Below, one piece after another: positions 11,827 through 25,825 of a stretch of 64,000 nt of DNA; position 1 is the first letter of the stretch; each line of letters begins with the position of its first letter. Under the pieces are notes generated by a model. It had not been told where the DNA came from and did not search any database. It saw only the letters and a list, made by a program, of their open reading frames with translations. Source of the DNA: Selaginella moellendorffii (Eukaryota > Plantae > Lycopodiophyta); NCBI RefSeq assembly GCF_000143415.4, contig NW_003314404.1, positions 1-64,000 on the forward strand, in the 5' to 3' direction. A program made the position numbers and the translations under genes.

Positions 11827-13477
11827 TGTGAGACACAAAATCCCTAGGCCCCAAAGTGGAGCCGAAAGGGTGCCATGTGGTAGTGGCCGAAGCGAAAGCC
11901 AAACGAACATAACATGTTTAGACTAAAAGCTCTGACTTGAAAGGTTGAGAGCGGGAGTGGAACTCCCAACGAAGTGTTCAAGGAACAAGCACAAAGCAAG
12001 CAATGAGTGGGTCTCTAGAAAAGGGACACAAGAGGACTAACATATGCCACATGGCAGAGTCTGAGATGGACCCGAGATGGTGTCCGAGATGGAGTCCAAG
12101 ATGGAGTTCGAGATGGACTCGAGATGGAGTCCGAGATGGAGTCTAAGATGGACCGAGACGGAGTCTGAGATGGAGTTCGAGATGGAGTCTGAGATGGACC
12201 CGAGATAGAATCTGAGATGGAGTCTAAGAAGGACTTGAGATGGAGTCCGACATCAAGACCGAGACCAGGACCGAGACTGAGTCCGAGATTGGGACCAAGA
12301 CTGAGACCAAGACCGAGATTGGGACCAAGACTGAGACCAAGACCGAGATTGGGACCAAGACCGAGACCAAGGCCAAGGCCGAGACTGAGCTCGAGCCCGA
12401 GTCCAAGTCCGAATCCAAATCCGAGTCCGAGTCTAAGTCTGAGTCTGAGTCCGAGTCCGAGTCCGAGTCCGAGTCCGAGTCTGAGAGGGTGAAAGCCCAA
12501 AGCGTTCGTCTCCCAGACCCTAGGGGGTTTGGTGAGCTCCAAAAGTATAGTGGGGGGAGGACTGTAGTGGAGCTAGTTTGGCCCAGGAAGGCTGTACCCA
12601 GTGTTGGGTGATGAGTTGCCCACTGGGAAGTCCAAGACTAAAGTGAACACAGACCGATAAGTGGGGTAGCTCAGTGAAGTGTTCAAGAGCCGGCTCTAGT
12701 TCCCCCAGGAGATCGACTGGCTGATGCTCTCAGTCCAAGTGTGGGTGGCACTACCTTCTTGGATACCTGGTGTGGCTCAACGGAACCTTGCTCTAAGCCC
12801 ATGGCTAGAGCACCCAAAGGCAGAAGGTGGGGAGAGTACCCATGAGGCTCGCGTAAGGCCACAGTGTTCCGAAATGTTGTCCCCAAGTCCTAGACGGTGA
12901 AAAGGAAGAGGAGCAATCCTCTAGTGCAATGACCAAGGATATGGTCACATGGTGATGAAGTCCCAAAGGATAGTGGGACTTAGAGGTCGGGCCTACAGAC
13001 TTCGATCTAGTGGTAGTGTTGGCGAACACGACCATGGATAGGAAGGGACTTAGTGGGGACCGGAAAAGAGATATTAGGGAAGGCTATTCCTCATGTCTGT
13101 GGGCATCCTAAAGATGCTAGGGAGTGGATCTAGGATGATCACTCATGGACGGATAGCTTAGTCTTTGAGAGATAGGACTGTGATGTAGGTGGTGTCAGAC
13201 CACTGGTGTGACTAAGGTGAATGAGCATGGCCTTAGCGTAATGGGCTAATGTGCCAGTAGTACCTTGGGGTGTCGGTCATGGGATCAAACATGTGGAGCA
13301 CTTGGACCAAGTGCAATAGTTGAGTGGCATGGATGCCATTCTTGGGGCTAGCAAGTCCCTAAGTCCAAAATAGGACTTATGGAGGTTGTGAGTGAGACTC
13401 TTCCAAATGGTCGAAGGTGTGGTTAAGTGACTAAAGTAGAATGGAAAATTTAGTCGCTTACAACTTGGTATCGGAAC
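11827..13477 (+). mobile_element. 5' LTR (11827-13462, TG...CA) plus tRNA-iMet PBS of the older family, inverted relative to 8410-9721
   Basis: Starts TGTGAGAC and ends GCTTACA, followed by TGGTATCGGAAC at 13466-13477. Reverse-complement homology to 8410-9721. Confidence 0.8.
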
Positions 13478-14299
13478 TGTTCCTTAGTCTAACTTTTATT
13501 GGTGCTCAAATATATCACCATTGATATTGGCATCGGAAGGTCCTAGGAGTGGGCCTATCCTTGAAGAGTAGCATGTCGAGAGGACATGGCTCTCCACTCA
13601 AGTTCATGCGTGAACTTGGGCGCGATGTGGTGGATAGAAAAGGGGCCAGTAAGGGAACGACTTTGGGATCTTGGGAACAATATAAAGGTTTCTTTAGAGA
13701 GTTGAAAATGTAATCCAGATGAGTGTTTGACGTGGCCAACTGGTTAATATAGTTGTGGTAAACAACTATAGTTAGGATCACGGGAAAGATAAAGACTTCA
13801 AAGCAATAAAGGAGTCATAAGATTATCCTCATATAGTTGAGGTTTGTACTCATGAATGTGAAACCAAAAGTAATGACCACAGGAGATCAAATACGGAAAA
13901 GGACACAAGTCCTTGAAATGGTAGCCGGAGCTACCTCTAATAAATGCTAGAACAACCCAAGGAGTTGGGGATGTACTCAGAGGATGAGTTGGTATTCTCA
14001 TCACATGGACAAGTGGTCCTAAGGGGCAAAAGGTTGCCCTAATAAAACAAATCAAGTGTCGGAGTAATACTTGCAAAAATGGTCCTTGTGAGTAGGACTT
14101 GAATACAAGAAGTTGTATTCCAGTGAGCTAGCAACTCAAAAATAAGACCTTATAGGTCGGGGGATTAGGAAAAGTCCAAAAGGCTAAATGACTTAAGTGG
14201 AGTCAAGGAATGGTCCTTAAAGGACTGATAGAAGCATTTAGACTAAGGTGTGTTGTGCCCCACGAAGGATAGGGAGGATCATAAAATCCAAGTATGAGA

Positions 14300-17200
14300 A
14301 TGGTGGGTAGTTCATGGGTGGCAGAATGTGCCATACTAAAGTCGTGGGAAACACTAAACATTAAACTCAATTTCAGATAACACATTATCAAAGAGTGATT
14401 CCCCACATCCAAGACTCAATGAAATCTAACACCACAAACTAAACACAACCAAATGATATTGACAAAGGTAGAATCAATATACCAACATGGAAAACCCATG
14501 TAAGTTTAACGACATGATCCTCTGCAATACCATCCAATAAAGCAAGCCTATCACTGCTAAATCATCATCGAACAAAGCAAGTGTTAAATAATCTTTGATA
14601 AAGTCTATAAGCAATCATTAGTCACCAAATAACCAACAATCACTTTTCAACTTGCCTTCACAAGACCCAACACTAAACTCATGCCATCGAATTATATACT
14701 TGGCCACCATAAACGTAATACCCTAGGTACAAGATAAAAGTTCATGGACAAACATAAACTAAATGACCACTCGAATCCAACTCAACTACAATAAGTTCAC
14801 TAATGCATTTAGCCAACAGCTCTAAGTATACCTTGAAAAGGCTAGCTATGCATAATTAACATTTAGTCGAAACTAAAGTGAAGACTATGAAATGGACTCA
14901 TATTGGTATACAACCTCCTCATAGACAAAACTATACTACAGGTACCAACATCTCAACCTCAAACAACTAAGTTAGACATTACTATCTTCAACTAAGACGC
15001 AGGGCCACAAAGACCAAGTCAAGATCAGTGAAAGTTCACTACTTTTATAGAGTATAACAAAATGCAAAGTGCAACCTACCATCAAATATAATATTACAAA
15101 CAAAAGGCACAAGGGTCACATTTCTTAGAAAAGTGTAACAACCACTTTTCTAAACCAACTCCAAACTCTATCCAACTCAATTACTTTTGCCCCAAAAGTT
15201 AGCATCTTTTTCGGGTTGCATCATACAAACTACTTATTGAGGTTTAACCGAAGTCAACTCAAAAAATTTCACTAATTTGTAATAACTTACAAAAACAGAA
15301 TGGTTTTTGAGCAAAATGATCAACAAATCAACCATTGGAAAAGCTTAAGAAAATTTATAGAAAATTTTCTATCCTAAAGAAAGAATGATTCTCAATTTAG
15401 GAATGCAAACTTTTAAGACTCAACCATAGGTTCACATAGGTTCACCTCAACACAAATTCTCATGACCTAATAATATACTTAAGCATTGAACATCTTGCCC
15501 ATACTTCCAATATCCAACACTGACATTTGCAAAATGCAAAATGAATATTCAATACTTGATCACGAACACCATATTTTTGGATATCCACAATGCACTTAAC
15601 ATTTTTTTTCAATCACCTTCAAAACCCAATATAAAGCCAAAACATTAACAAAAAAAATAACATGGAAAATCAAGTTTTAAGGAAAATTCTTCATTCGAAA
15701 TAACAATGCCACTTCCATTAACACAAGTGTTAGTGATGTAAATGCCTCAACTACACATTGTCTTTATTCAACAATCTACTTCAAGTGCTAATGGATAAAC
15801 TAACAAGCTATAATAAATGAATGTTACAACTTTTTTCCATCACTTTATGGGCAAACCCTTAAAGAAACAAAATACCAACTCAAGCTCAGCATAATGGGCC
15901 ATCATTGAGAATTTAGTCAAAGTTATTATAATACTACTACATGCAAATAGATATACTTCACTATTAACCACTTTGGGGTTGATCATCATTTAGCCAAGCA
16001 ACTTCATAAACACATTACTCATTGTCACATGGATATAATATAAAATCATAATGACTTGATCATCAATTGAGCAACACCTATGTCATCATTTCAAAGATTT
16101 ATATGAATATCAAGTGACAACTCAATTTGACAAAATGCAATATAAATGCCACATCCCACCGATAGAGATTTATAATACCCAATACCACAAACTTCATGCC
16201 ATTCTTTTTCTGACTAAACCCAAAACTAATCTAACACCAAGCTACTCAAGGAGCAATAATAAGGTTTCTCATAAAAGAATTAAGCATTGTAACCCAAATC
16301 TTCTAATAGCAAGCCTAGACAAAATGGTTTAGCGTTTCACCACTATCCATCCCATAACTCACCATTTGTAAGACTATCATTTCCAACAGGCATCAAGATA
16401 GAGACTCTTAATTACATGATGTGAGTATGAGCAATGAGTTAACACCTTATTGCAAATCATTTTTCCAAGAAGAAAAAATGATTTACGTGTTTGATCCTTT
16501 GTCCTTGAGGACTCTCTTTTCGGTCTTATCTTTGACAAATCCTCAAACTTACTTTTGCACTACCTTCAATCCAATCCAAGAAAGTTTATGAGAGAGTGCA
16601 GCAATGATTACTTGAACTAATAGACTAATCCTTACAATCTTGATTGATTAACTTATAATCATGCCTAAGAAGGATCCACTAGTGTCATGCTAAATAACTA
16701 TGGACCAACCTATTTGCCACTTTTAGCAAGCTCAGGGAAGGTTTACTTTCACTCATGGTATAAGGAACAACTCATGGAACTATCGCTAGGTTAACATTAA
16801 TCTTGCTAACTCAAAATGTAACCTTGAGTTGCTAATGTGCCTCACTCATGAGCCTAAGTACAAACTCGTGCAAATGGAACAACTCAATCCTTCTTATGAG
16901 CCCAAGAGCAAGCTCATTTAGTATGGTACAAAAGGAAACCAAAGTTTATATCCAAGGAACAATTGCGAAGTCTTAGCACCCAAATGTGTACCCACTCGAA
17001 TCGTCATTTTCATCTTTGCATATACAACAAAATTAGTTGCCCAATCTCATTGAATAATACTCGCTGAGATTCATTCTTTGATACCAAATGTAGTGCATGT
17101 GGTTTTTACCCTTTATCCTATAGTGATTTACCATATGATAACCATGAAGTGTAACCTAAACCCTCTATATGCCATATATCACATGCCATATGCCACATGC

Positions 17201-18185
17201 CATATGCCACATGTCCAAAGGACAGTGGTGTGGAATCCGAGTTTTGGAGCCTTGAGCCATTAAAATGGAGCCAAACTTTTAAGCATAGAGACAAGGAATG
17301 AAGGTATTAGAGCACAAAGCAATTCCCGAGCATTTAACCCAAGGAGCGAAAGGATAGGAGTATAGAGTGATTTTAGAATAGTCTTAGAGCATCTCGTATC
17401 CCAATGCTAGGACCAGCATGCAATAAAGTTTGGCATTATTTCAGCATACCGGTGGCCTAATGCGAAAATATGGGTACTTCACCAACTAGCATGGTATGGA
17501 ACTTGGGCTTAGACCTAAGTCAAACGTAAAACAAAGACAAGCACGCAAATAAGAGTTAGACTATGCCTTATGTTAGTCAGCCATGCCTGACCTACCCACT
17601 ATCTCTACTATGGAACCCCCCACGGCGCTCCCCCCGCCCCCCTTGAGGAATACATGCTTTGGGCCTCTGGGATATGCTCTAAACTTACTAAATATAAAAT
17701 GTCCCTAGATTGCGAATTTGGACATGGAACAAACACCATTATATTTAAGACAATCTCTACATTCTATAAATATGCCAAATGAGCAAATCTAGACACTTTC
17801 CATAAATAGCATTTGGGATCAGAATGAGACTAACACAAAGGACATGATAGCAAGGGTGTTTGATAAACACGGTAATTTATCATTTAGTGATATTGAGGGA
17901 CTAATCTTAATACACAAGGGTTCTTGTTAGTAGCTAGTGCAAGACACAACAAGACATGAACTCTTTATTGGGCTAAATATGTTTAGCCAATAGCACATAG
18001 AAATTCCATCCTTATACTCATCCAATCTAAATACACTCAAAATGCCCAGTTAACTCCACTAGCACAAGAAGGACTGATAAAGAGTCCAATAATACTGACC
18101 TCTTGCCATCGTGGTAGTAAGGAAAGAGTGTCTGTAAGGACTGGCTGATAGGTAACTTTCATTACCCAAAGTCACATTTGTGACA
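14300..18185 (-). mobile_element. Heavily degraded LTR element of a third family: LTR 17089-18185, PBS at about 17075-17086, decayed internal region
   Basis: CTTTGATACCA (reverse complement TGGTATCAAAG) lies next to the TG at 17089. The LTR is homologous to 25396-25825 and 41996-43150. The internal extent is approximate. Confidence 0.6.
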
Positions 18186-18750
18186 CTCAGACTCGGTCTC
18201 GGTCTCGGTCTTGATCTTGGTCTCAGTCTTAGTCTCGATCTCTTTCTCGGTCTCAACCTTGGACTCCATCTTAAGTCCATCTCAGACTTGACTTCGGACT
18301 CCATCTCAGGTCCATCTCGGACTCCATCTCAGACTCCATATTAGGTCCATCTCGGACTCCATCTCGGGTCCATCTCGAAATCCATCTTAGGTCTATCTCA
18401 AGTTCATCTCAGACTCCATCTCGGGTTTGTCTTGGACTCTATCTCGGACTGCATCTTGGGTTCATCTTGGACTCCATATCAGACTCCATCTTGGACTCCA
18501 TCTCGGACTCCTTCTCGGACTCGTGTCATAACACATGCTAGTCTTTCTTGTGTCCCTTTTTAAAGACTTATTCACTGATTGCTTCGTACTCATCCCTCGA
18601 GCACTTTGTTCAAAATTCCACTCCCACTCTCAACTTTCCAAGTCGGAGCCCTAGGTCCAAACATGTTACACTTGTTGGACTTTTGCTTTGACCACTACCA
18701 TGTGGCACTCTTTTTGCTCCACTTCGGGGCTTAAGGATTTATATCTCACA
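18186..18750 (-). mobile_element. Partial LTR of the hexamer-array family
   Basis: CTCGGT/CCATCTCGGACT array, and a terminus ...ATCTCACA matching 9490-9721. Confidence 0.7.
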
Positions 18751-18779
18751 AGTGACTAATGATTTCATTAATGATGTCT

Positions 18780-21063
18780 TAAGGGGATGTGGGAGGAATA
18801 TGTTTGTGATATTCGTAAAGTGTTAGATTAGCTATAGAAAGTTGGTTTAAAGCTGAAGTGGTCAAAGTGTGTGTTTATGTGGTCAAAGTGGGACACAACT
18901 TATCTTGAGTACCATATTTCTTGTGAAGGTTAGCAAGTTGATTCTTACAAACTTGTAGTTATTCTAAAGTTCCCTACTCCGAAGTGTGTGAATGATATGC
19001 AATGTATCTAGGTTATTTTTTTAATCATCTTTCTAATTGCACTACATTGTTGTGAACATTGCTCAAATCGTCAATGTCATCTTTCATTTGGTCTATAAAC
19101 TATGAGTAGGCATTTATAGATCTTAAAGAGCTGTTGATGACTCTTTTGGTTTTGGTGTATCCTAACTACACTTGATTTTTTATTTTACGCATGGATGCTT
19201 TTGATATTGGTCTTGAAAGTGTGTTGATACAAGAGAGCCTAAGTGTGTTTGGTCAGTGCCATCCTATTGTATATATTAGCCATACATTACAACTAATGGA
19301 AGTGAATTACTCCACAACAAAGAAGAAGTGTTTAGCAATAGTTTAGGGTTTCAAGAAACTTCATGCATATCTTGAACGTAACTAAAAGGTGATCATGCTA
19401 CAGTTACTTCATTATTGAAATAAAAGAATTTAGTTGGTTGTGCTACTCAATGGGCTTTGAAGCTTTAAATATATGATTTTGATATTGCTCATCGCCCAAA
19501 GAGTTTTATGGCTGATGTTGGTACTCTTTTTCAAACTCCTCTTCCTTCTTCACTCTCTTCTCATGTTTCTAACAAACCTATAATTCTAGCATTTGTGGAT
19601 TTTTTGGATGGAGGATTCTGTACCTTTGGCGGTTGCAATACTTAATATTCAATATCCACAAGGTGAAGAGCAGAATTTACTTGCTCTTAATAAGGTTCAT
19701 GAGGCTCAAAAAATTGAGTTGTGGATTCGAAAGCTTCGTGATAGGTTTGAGAATTTTGCATCACTTGTTAATAACTTACCATTTTGGCATTTACATTCTC
19801 AATATCACCTTGAGGATGGTCTTCTTTATTTTTCTTGGGACGGATCTTGATGATCATTTGTGGCTAGTGGAGCCTTCAATCTTTATTCCACACTTTCTCT
19901 ACGCCTATCATAATTCTCCTATTCTAGATGGGCATATAAGATATTGTCGTGTGACTGAGAAGTTGCACAAGTTTTTTTATTAATTAGAGATGAAACATGA
20001 TGTTATCCAATATGTACGTAACTATATTTGGTGCCAAACTCATAATACTCCCCCTTGTGTTACAGAAAGACGGTTGGAATCAATTGTAATTTCCCATCTG
20101 TTTGAGTTAATGGCATTTGATTTGATGAGACATTTTTCATGATCGATTGCTAGCAATGAGTATGTCATTGTTGCTTATGACTACTAGACTCACTGGGTGG
20201 AATTCAGTGCTTTTGTTAGCATGTTTGCAACTGCTGTTGGATACTTCCTCTTCAATTAAATGGTATTCCAACATTCCTATCTAGAGCAGATTCTTTCAGA
20301 TAATAGTCTTGCATTTATAGCTGAGGCATTTCACATTTTAAGGTCTTAGTGGGGATATGCTAAATTTTTACAAGTCTTTATCATTCACAATTAGACATTT
20401 TGGTGGAACAGCTCATTTGGACTTTCAAAGGGATAATCATGAAATACGTGAGCTTTTAGCATTTGGGATAATTATTTGCCATCTTTTCAGTATGCATATA
20501 TCATAAGTGTGTAGAGTTATATTGGTGCTTCACCATATAACTTTTATATGGTGATAATCCAATATTGCCAATAGAGTGGATTTACCTTCATGATTGACAA
20601 GGGTTACTGATGCTAGGTTGTGGGATCAATATTTGATAAACATTCTTCCATTTGTCTGAGTAAAGTCTTCTAAACATCTGAATTGTGTATAAGTGGGACA
20701 ACAATAGCACTACAACTACCATCATCGTCCACTTGTAGAGTATAAAATGGATGACTTAATATTAGTCTATTTTCCCATCTTACAATATGTGGTTTATCTA
20801 AGGGGCTCTTTGCTTAGTGGAAAGGTTTATAAGGTGTTATGACAAGTTGGACTGCAAGTTTATAAAGTTAAATATAACATCCAATAGGCTGATCCTTCAG
20901 AAATTATGCATGTGCAATAGCTAAAACACTTTGTACAAAGGGATCATGAACAATTAGCACCACCTATAGATCCACTAATGCTTCCTCCTGATGTTCCTCC
21001 AAATCTTAGTCCATCTATGAGAGAACCCTGATAATCTTCCATCATTCCAAGAGGAGGGGATGA
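18780..21063 (+). mobile_element. Decayed Ty3/gypsy pol (RT end, RNase H, integrase) ending at a PPT
   Basis: Remnant motifs (DAFDIGL..VL.Q, NYSTTKKKCLAI, YHNSPILDGH) with many stops. The purine tract AAGAGGAGGGGA precedes TGTGAGG at about 21064. Confidence 0.65.
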
Positions 21064-22129
21064 TGTGAGGTCCAAGTGTACGGTTATAATGCCATATACT
21101 AATATTAGCGTAGTGGAATTTTGGTAGTCATCAGATAGGTTTTAATCCGGACCACTTGCTCTTGTATATAAGCTAGGGTTTTTGGGCTAAATGATATGCA
21201 CATTTCTCGCTTTCCATATTCCATGCACTCACAAAATGAGATTATTAAAAGATTAAAACATAAAGGATTTGATTGAAGATATAAATATTTATGCATCAAT
21301 TGTTGAAAGATCTGAAAAGGTTTTATAGCATATATAGTATCTGTTATTTTTTGCAAGATAAACTAATGAAAATGAAATTATAAATAGTTTGTAGCATTAT
21401 CATTACTACTAAACAATCTGAAGTAAATATAAGTTCTTTATCATAGATTTTGGCACAATCTACACAAAAAATCTCACTCCTTTCTTTAATATATTTTATA
21501 ATATATAATACAAGTTGTTTTATTTTTGAAAGAAAGCATTTATGTAAAAAGAAATACAAACTTATGGTAAAAGTTTTATTCTATATTAATTAGTGATAAT
21601 GATATAGATTTCTACTTTTGAATGATCAATTTAGACTTTAATAATATTTTTCTATTAAAGGAATTAAGAGATTGTACTATAATTTAAAATTTTAATTAAA
21701 TTTTTATAATATTTTATATTTTAAATTGTGAGCTCTAAGTGTATGGTTACAATACCATATACTAATATTATTATAGTGGGATTTTGATAGCTATCAAATT
21801 AGTTTCAATCCGAACCACTTGCTTTTGTTTATAAACTAAGGTTTGTAAACTAATTGACCATTACTATATTCCACATTGGTGGAGTTAAGCATCTTTAAGT
21901 GTCCTTAAGGAGTGCTTGGACTTGATCTTTTGGTTTAAATATAACTTTTACATCATCTAAATCTTATTTTATTTGTAGTTTTTTAATTTCTTCTCTTTTG
22001 CTTTTTTCATATTCATAGCAGAGCAACAACCTCCTCCTTTGACTGTAGAGCAAAAGTTAGAGTAGTCACTCAATGTTATGTGGTTGCAATTAAACAATTA
22101 AACTTAGTTGATGGTAGCATTTATAATAT

Positions 22130-23405
22130 TGTAAGATATAAATTTTTCCTTTCCAAATTATCAACTTACTTCATCCATTCAACTACCTTTGCCTTAGCCT
22201 TAGTTAAATTCTCTTGCCAAGGCTCCCACCTATTATAGAACTTTTACTTATATTCAATTACTCATTGCACGAATAATAGGGTGTTAGCTATCCATCCACA
22301 AATTCCCAAATTCTCTCCCAATCTCCCTTTTTAAGTTAGACTAGACTTAAGGTTCAATTACACTCTTTATAAGTATAAACAATTAAACACACTAAGTTTC
22401 CATGTTCTTAATATGCCTAAATATAACAAGATTTGATCATAGGAATGTGAGCGATTAAGTTTTCCATTCTACTTTAATTACTTAATCACACCTACAACCA
22501 CTTGAAGGAGTTTTATTCACAACCTCCATAAGTCCAATTCAGGACTTAGGGCTTGCTTGCCCTGAGAATGGCATCCACACCACTCAACCTTTGCACTTGG
22601 TCCAAGTGCTCCATATGTCTGATCCTATGACTAACATCTAAAGTTACCACTGACATATCAACTTGTTACACTAAAGCCATGCTTATTCATGTTTGTCATA
22701 CTGATGATCCAACACCACTTACATCATAATCCTATCTCCCAAAGGTTGGGCCATCTGTCCATGAGTGGTCATCCCAGATCCACTCCTTAGCATCCTTAGG
22801 ATACCCACAAATATAGGAAATAGCCTTCCCTAATATCCCTTTTTCGGTCCCTACTAAGTCCCTTTTTATCCATAGTCATATTCACCAACACTGCCACTGC
22901 ATCAAGGCCTATAAGCTCGACCATTAAATCCCTTTATTCTCTGGGACTTCCTCACCATGTGATTGCATCCTTGGTCACTACAAGAGAAGATTGCTCCTCT
23001 TCCTTTCCACTATCTAGGACTCTAGAACAACATTTCAGAACACCATGGCCTTACACAGGCCTTATGGGTACTCTCCCCACTTTCCGCCTTTGGGTGCTCT
23101 AACCATGGGCTTAGAGCGAGATTCTGTTGAGCCATGCCACGTATCCAAGTAGGTAGTGCCACCATGCTTGGACTGGAAGTATTGACCATTCGATCTTCCG
23201 AGGGAACTAGAGCTGACTCTTAAATATATCACCAAGCTACCTCATTTGTTTGTCTATATTTATTTTAGCTTTGGACTCTTCAGTTGATATATAATCACCC
23301 AATACGTGGGCATAACATTCCTGAGTCACATTGGCCTTTCCTAGCCAAATTGGCTCCACTGGGGTCCAACTTCCACCCCACACTTTCCCACTATACTTTT
23401 GGAAC
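22130..23405 (-). mobile_element. Old LTR related to both the young-array LTR and the 8.4/12 kb LTR family
   Basis: 22130-22440 resembles 25826-26140, and 22590-23400 resembles 8410-9050 and the reverse complement of about 12550-13320. Confidence 0.65.
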
Positions 23406-23409
23406 CTCT

Positions 23410-25395
23410 TTTTGATAAACCCTTCAAAGTGCATTATGATGCATCTAACTATGCTATAGGTGTTGTGTTGTAGCAAGATTGTGACAATGTAGTTGGTGTT
23501 ATGCTAAGGTGACACAGAAAGATTGTATCTTCCATCCAAGGATCTGCAACAACTGTTTCTGCTGAAACATCATGATGTTCTAACAAGACATGGTGGTAAA
23601 CAAAAGACTCTTGCTTCATTAAAAAAGGGATTTTTTTAATTTAATATAGAAGGTGATATAGCAGATTATATTCATTTTTGCGCTATATTTCAATAGTGTA
23701 AGTGAAGAATTGAGAAGCAAGCTAGAAAGTTGCAATGCATTCTAGCACTGACATGGCCATTTTAGAGTATGACACTTGATTTTGTCACTTGCTTGTCTAA
23801 GTCTAAAAGTTATGATACTTTGTTGGTGGTTATGGATCGGTTGTCAAAGGTTGCACACTTCATTCCATCTATGAAAATAATGAATGTGAAGTAAGTAGCA
23901 AAGCTTTTTTTCCATGAAGTAGTGGTATTCCCGAAGATATAATCTTGGATAAAGATTTGAGATTTATAAGTAAGTTTTGGGGCACACTATTCTAATTGTT
24001 TGATACCCAATTAAAGTTTAGTTTAGCTTATCTCCTCAAATTGATGCATAGACCATATGTGTGAATGCTCAAGTTGAGGATTATTTTCAATATTATATTG
24101 CGACAGACCAACGTGATTGGGTTGAGCATTTGGACACACTAGAAATCTATTATAATAACACATTTCACAACGCTATTAACTATTCTCCGTGGGAAATGCT
24201 GCAAAGGAATGCTCATTGGGTTCCTCAACAAATTGTTGTACCAAAACCAATGTCTAAAGTGTTAATCCCGGCCATTGAGACTTATGCAGAGCAACTATGC
24301 CAAAGTTGGAAAGCTTAAGATAAGTATTGACGTGATAAAGATCAATATTATCGAGATGTATCCTATCAAGTGGGAAATCAGATATGGCTATCTTCCCAAT
24401 ACTTGAATGTGAAGGGATCTTTATCTCAGAAGCTATTACCAAGATATATTGGTCCTTATTGGGTGTTGAAATGGATTGGTGATATATTCTATTAATTGGA
24501 TCTTTTTACAGAAATGTCCAATGTTCATAATGTATTTCATGCTAATTTATTGACTCCATACACTATGGATGCTACATGTCAAGGGGAAGTTTGTCCACCG
24601 CCAAAAGTTGTGAATGGTGAACATGAATACAAAGTTGAAAGCATTTTATCATGTCATCGAAAACGTGGTGGTTGTACCAAAGAATACTTAGTTAAGTGGC
24701 ATGGTTACCCAACATGTGAATCAACTTGGGAGTCTCTTAGTAACCTTAGACATGCCTATGAGCTTGTTACGGAGTATGAGAATCATAATAAAAATAGCTT
24801 TTGTAAGTCTTATAATAAATCTTACAAATCAATAAAGTAATACATTTCTATCAAATTAAAAGTTTTGTTTCTATCATACGTTAATTCTTGGGTCAGTTTT
24901 GGCAGGCTAACTTCGGCATTTTGGTGCATAGGGACAATCCATAACTATGGGGATAACTATTATATACTAATCACAAGTCCTTGCCTCTCTCTCAATGACT
25001 CATTCTTTAAAAAGGTGTGGTCATGTAAACAACTTAATCTGTCAGTTTATAATAGTTGTCTAAATTTTCCCAATAAAGTTGATTTCTTTCTTAAGGGAGT
25101 TGGGCCTCCTCTATATCCCTGTAGGTAGGGATGTATCATTCTTTTATAAGCCAAGTGGTACTTGGAGTAGCAAGGGTAGCTAATTCTATTAGTCATTTTT
25201 TTGTCAATGATAGCCAGAGGGTGTTTAAATCTTTAACATCTTTAGACATAGAGGAGAAGTAGTTCCATAACTCATTTAAGTTGGTGTGTGTTTCATATAG
25301 TGTCTTTTCGTTAACTTTTGAAGTTGTTTCCTTGATGGTTTGCTAGACTTGAGTATGCATCGACAAAGACATTGATCTTCTCTAAGGGGGAAGAG
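23410..25395 (+). mobile_element. Decayed chromovirus pol: RNase H fragment, integrase, GPY/F and chromodomain, then PPT
   Basis: KPFKVHYDASNYAIG, KLLPRYIGPY (about 24430-24459), chromodomain EYKVESIL...EYLVKWHGYPTCESTWE (24496-24840), PPT AAGGGGGAAGAG at 25384-25395. Confidence 0.8.
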
Positions 25396-25825
25396 TGTTG
25401 CAAATATGACTTCGAGTATTGAAAGATACTTATTGGCTAGTCTTTATAAACACTCTCTCCTTACTACCATGACGGCAGGAGGTCAATATTGCTAGTTTCC
25501 TTTATGGTTTCCACTCAAACTAGTTGAGAAACTAGTCATCACGTGTGCACTTAAACAGATGAGCATAAAAATAAAATTCCTAAATGCTATTAGTCAAATA
25601 TACTTGACCTAGTTAAAGAAATTTATTTGTTGACTTGCATTTGCTAATGTTAGGAACCCCTACAATATTGAGATTAGTCCCTCAATATTGTTATATAATA
25701 GTTTATCGTGTTTGCCAAACACCCTTGCTATCATGTACTATGTGTTGGTTTTGTTTTGAAACCATATCTAGATCTGCCTAAGAGGTATATTTATGGAATA
25801 TAGAGAGTGTCCTAAATCCTATGGT

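Noticed and set aside
8907-12611. Repetitive ORFs (LG-, RP-, SE-rich) on both strands
   Set aside because: By-products of stop-poor hexamer arrays in LTRs. The frames are not conserved between copies.
21064-21845. About 120-bp direct repeat starting TGTGAG (21064 and 21727), possibly a TRIM
   Set aside because: Too decayed, with no PBS or TSD support. Most likely fragments of the LTR of the upstream pol remnant.
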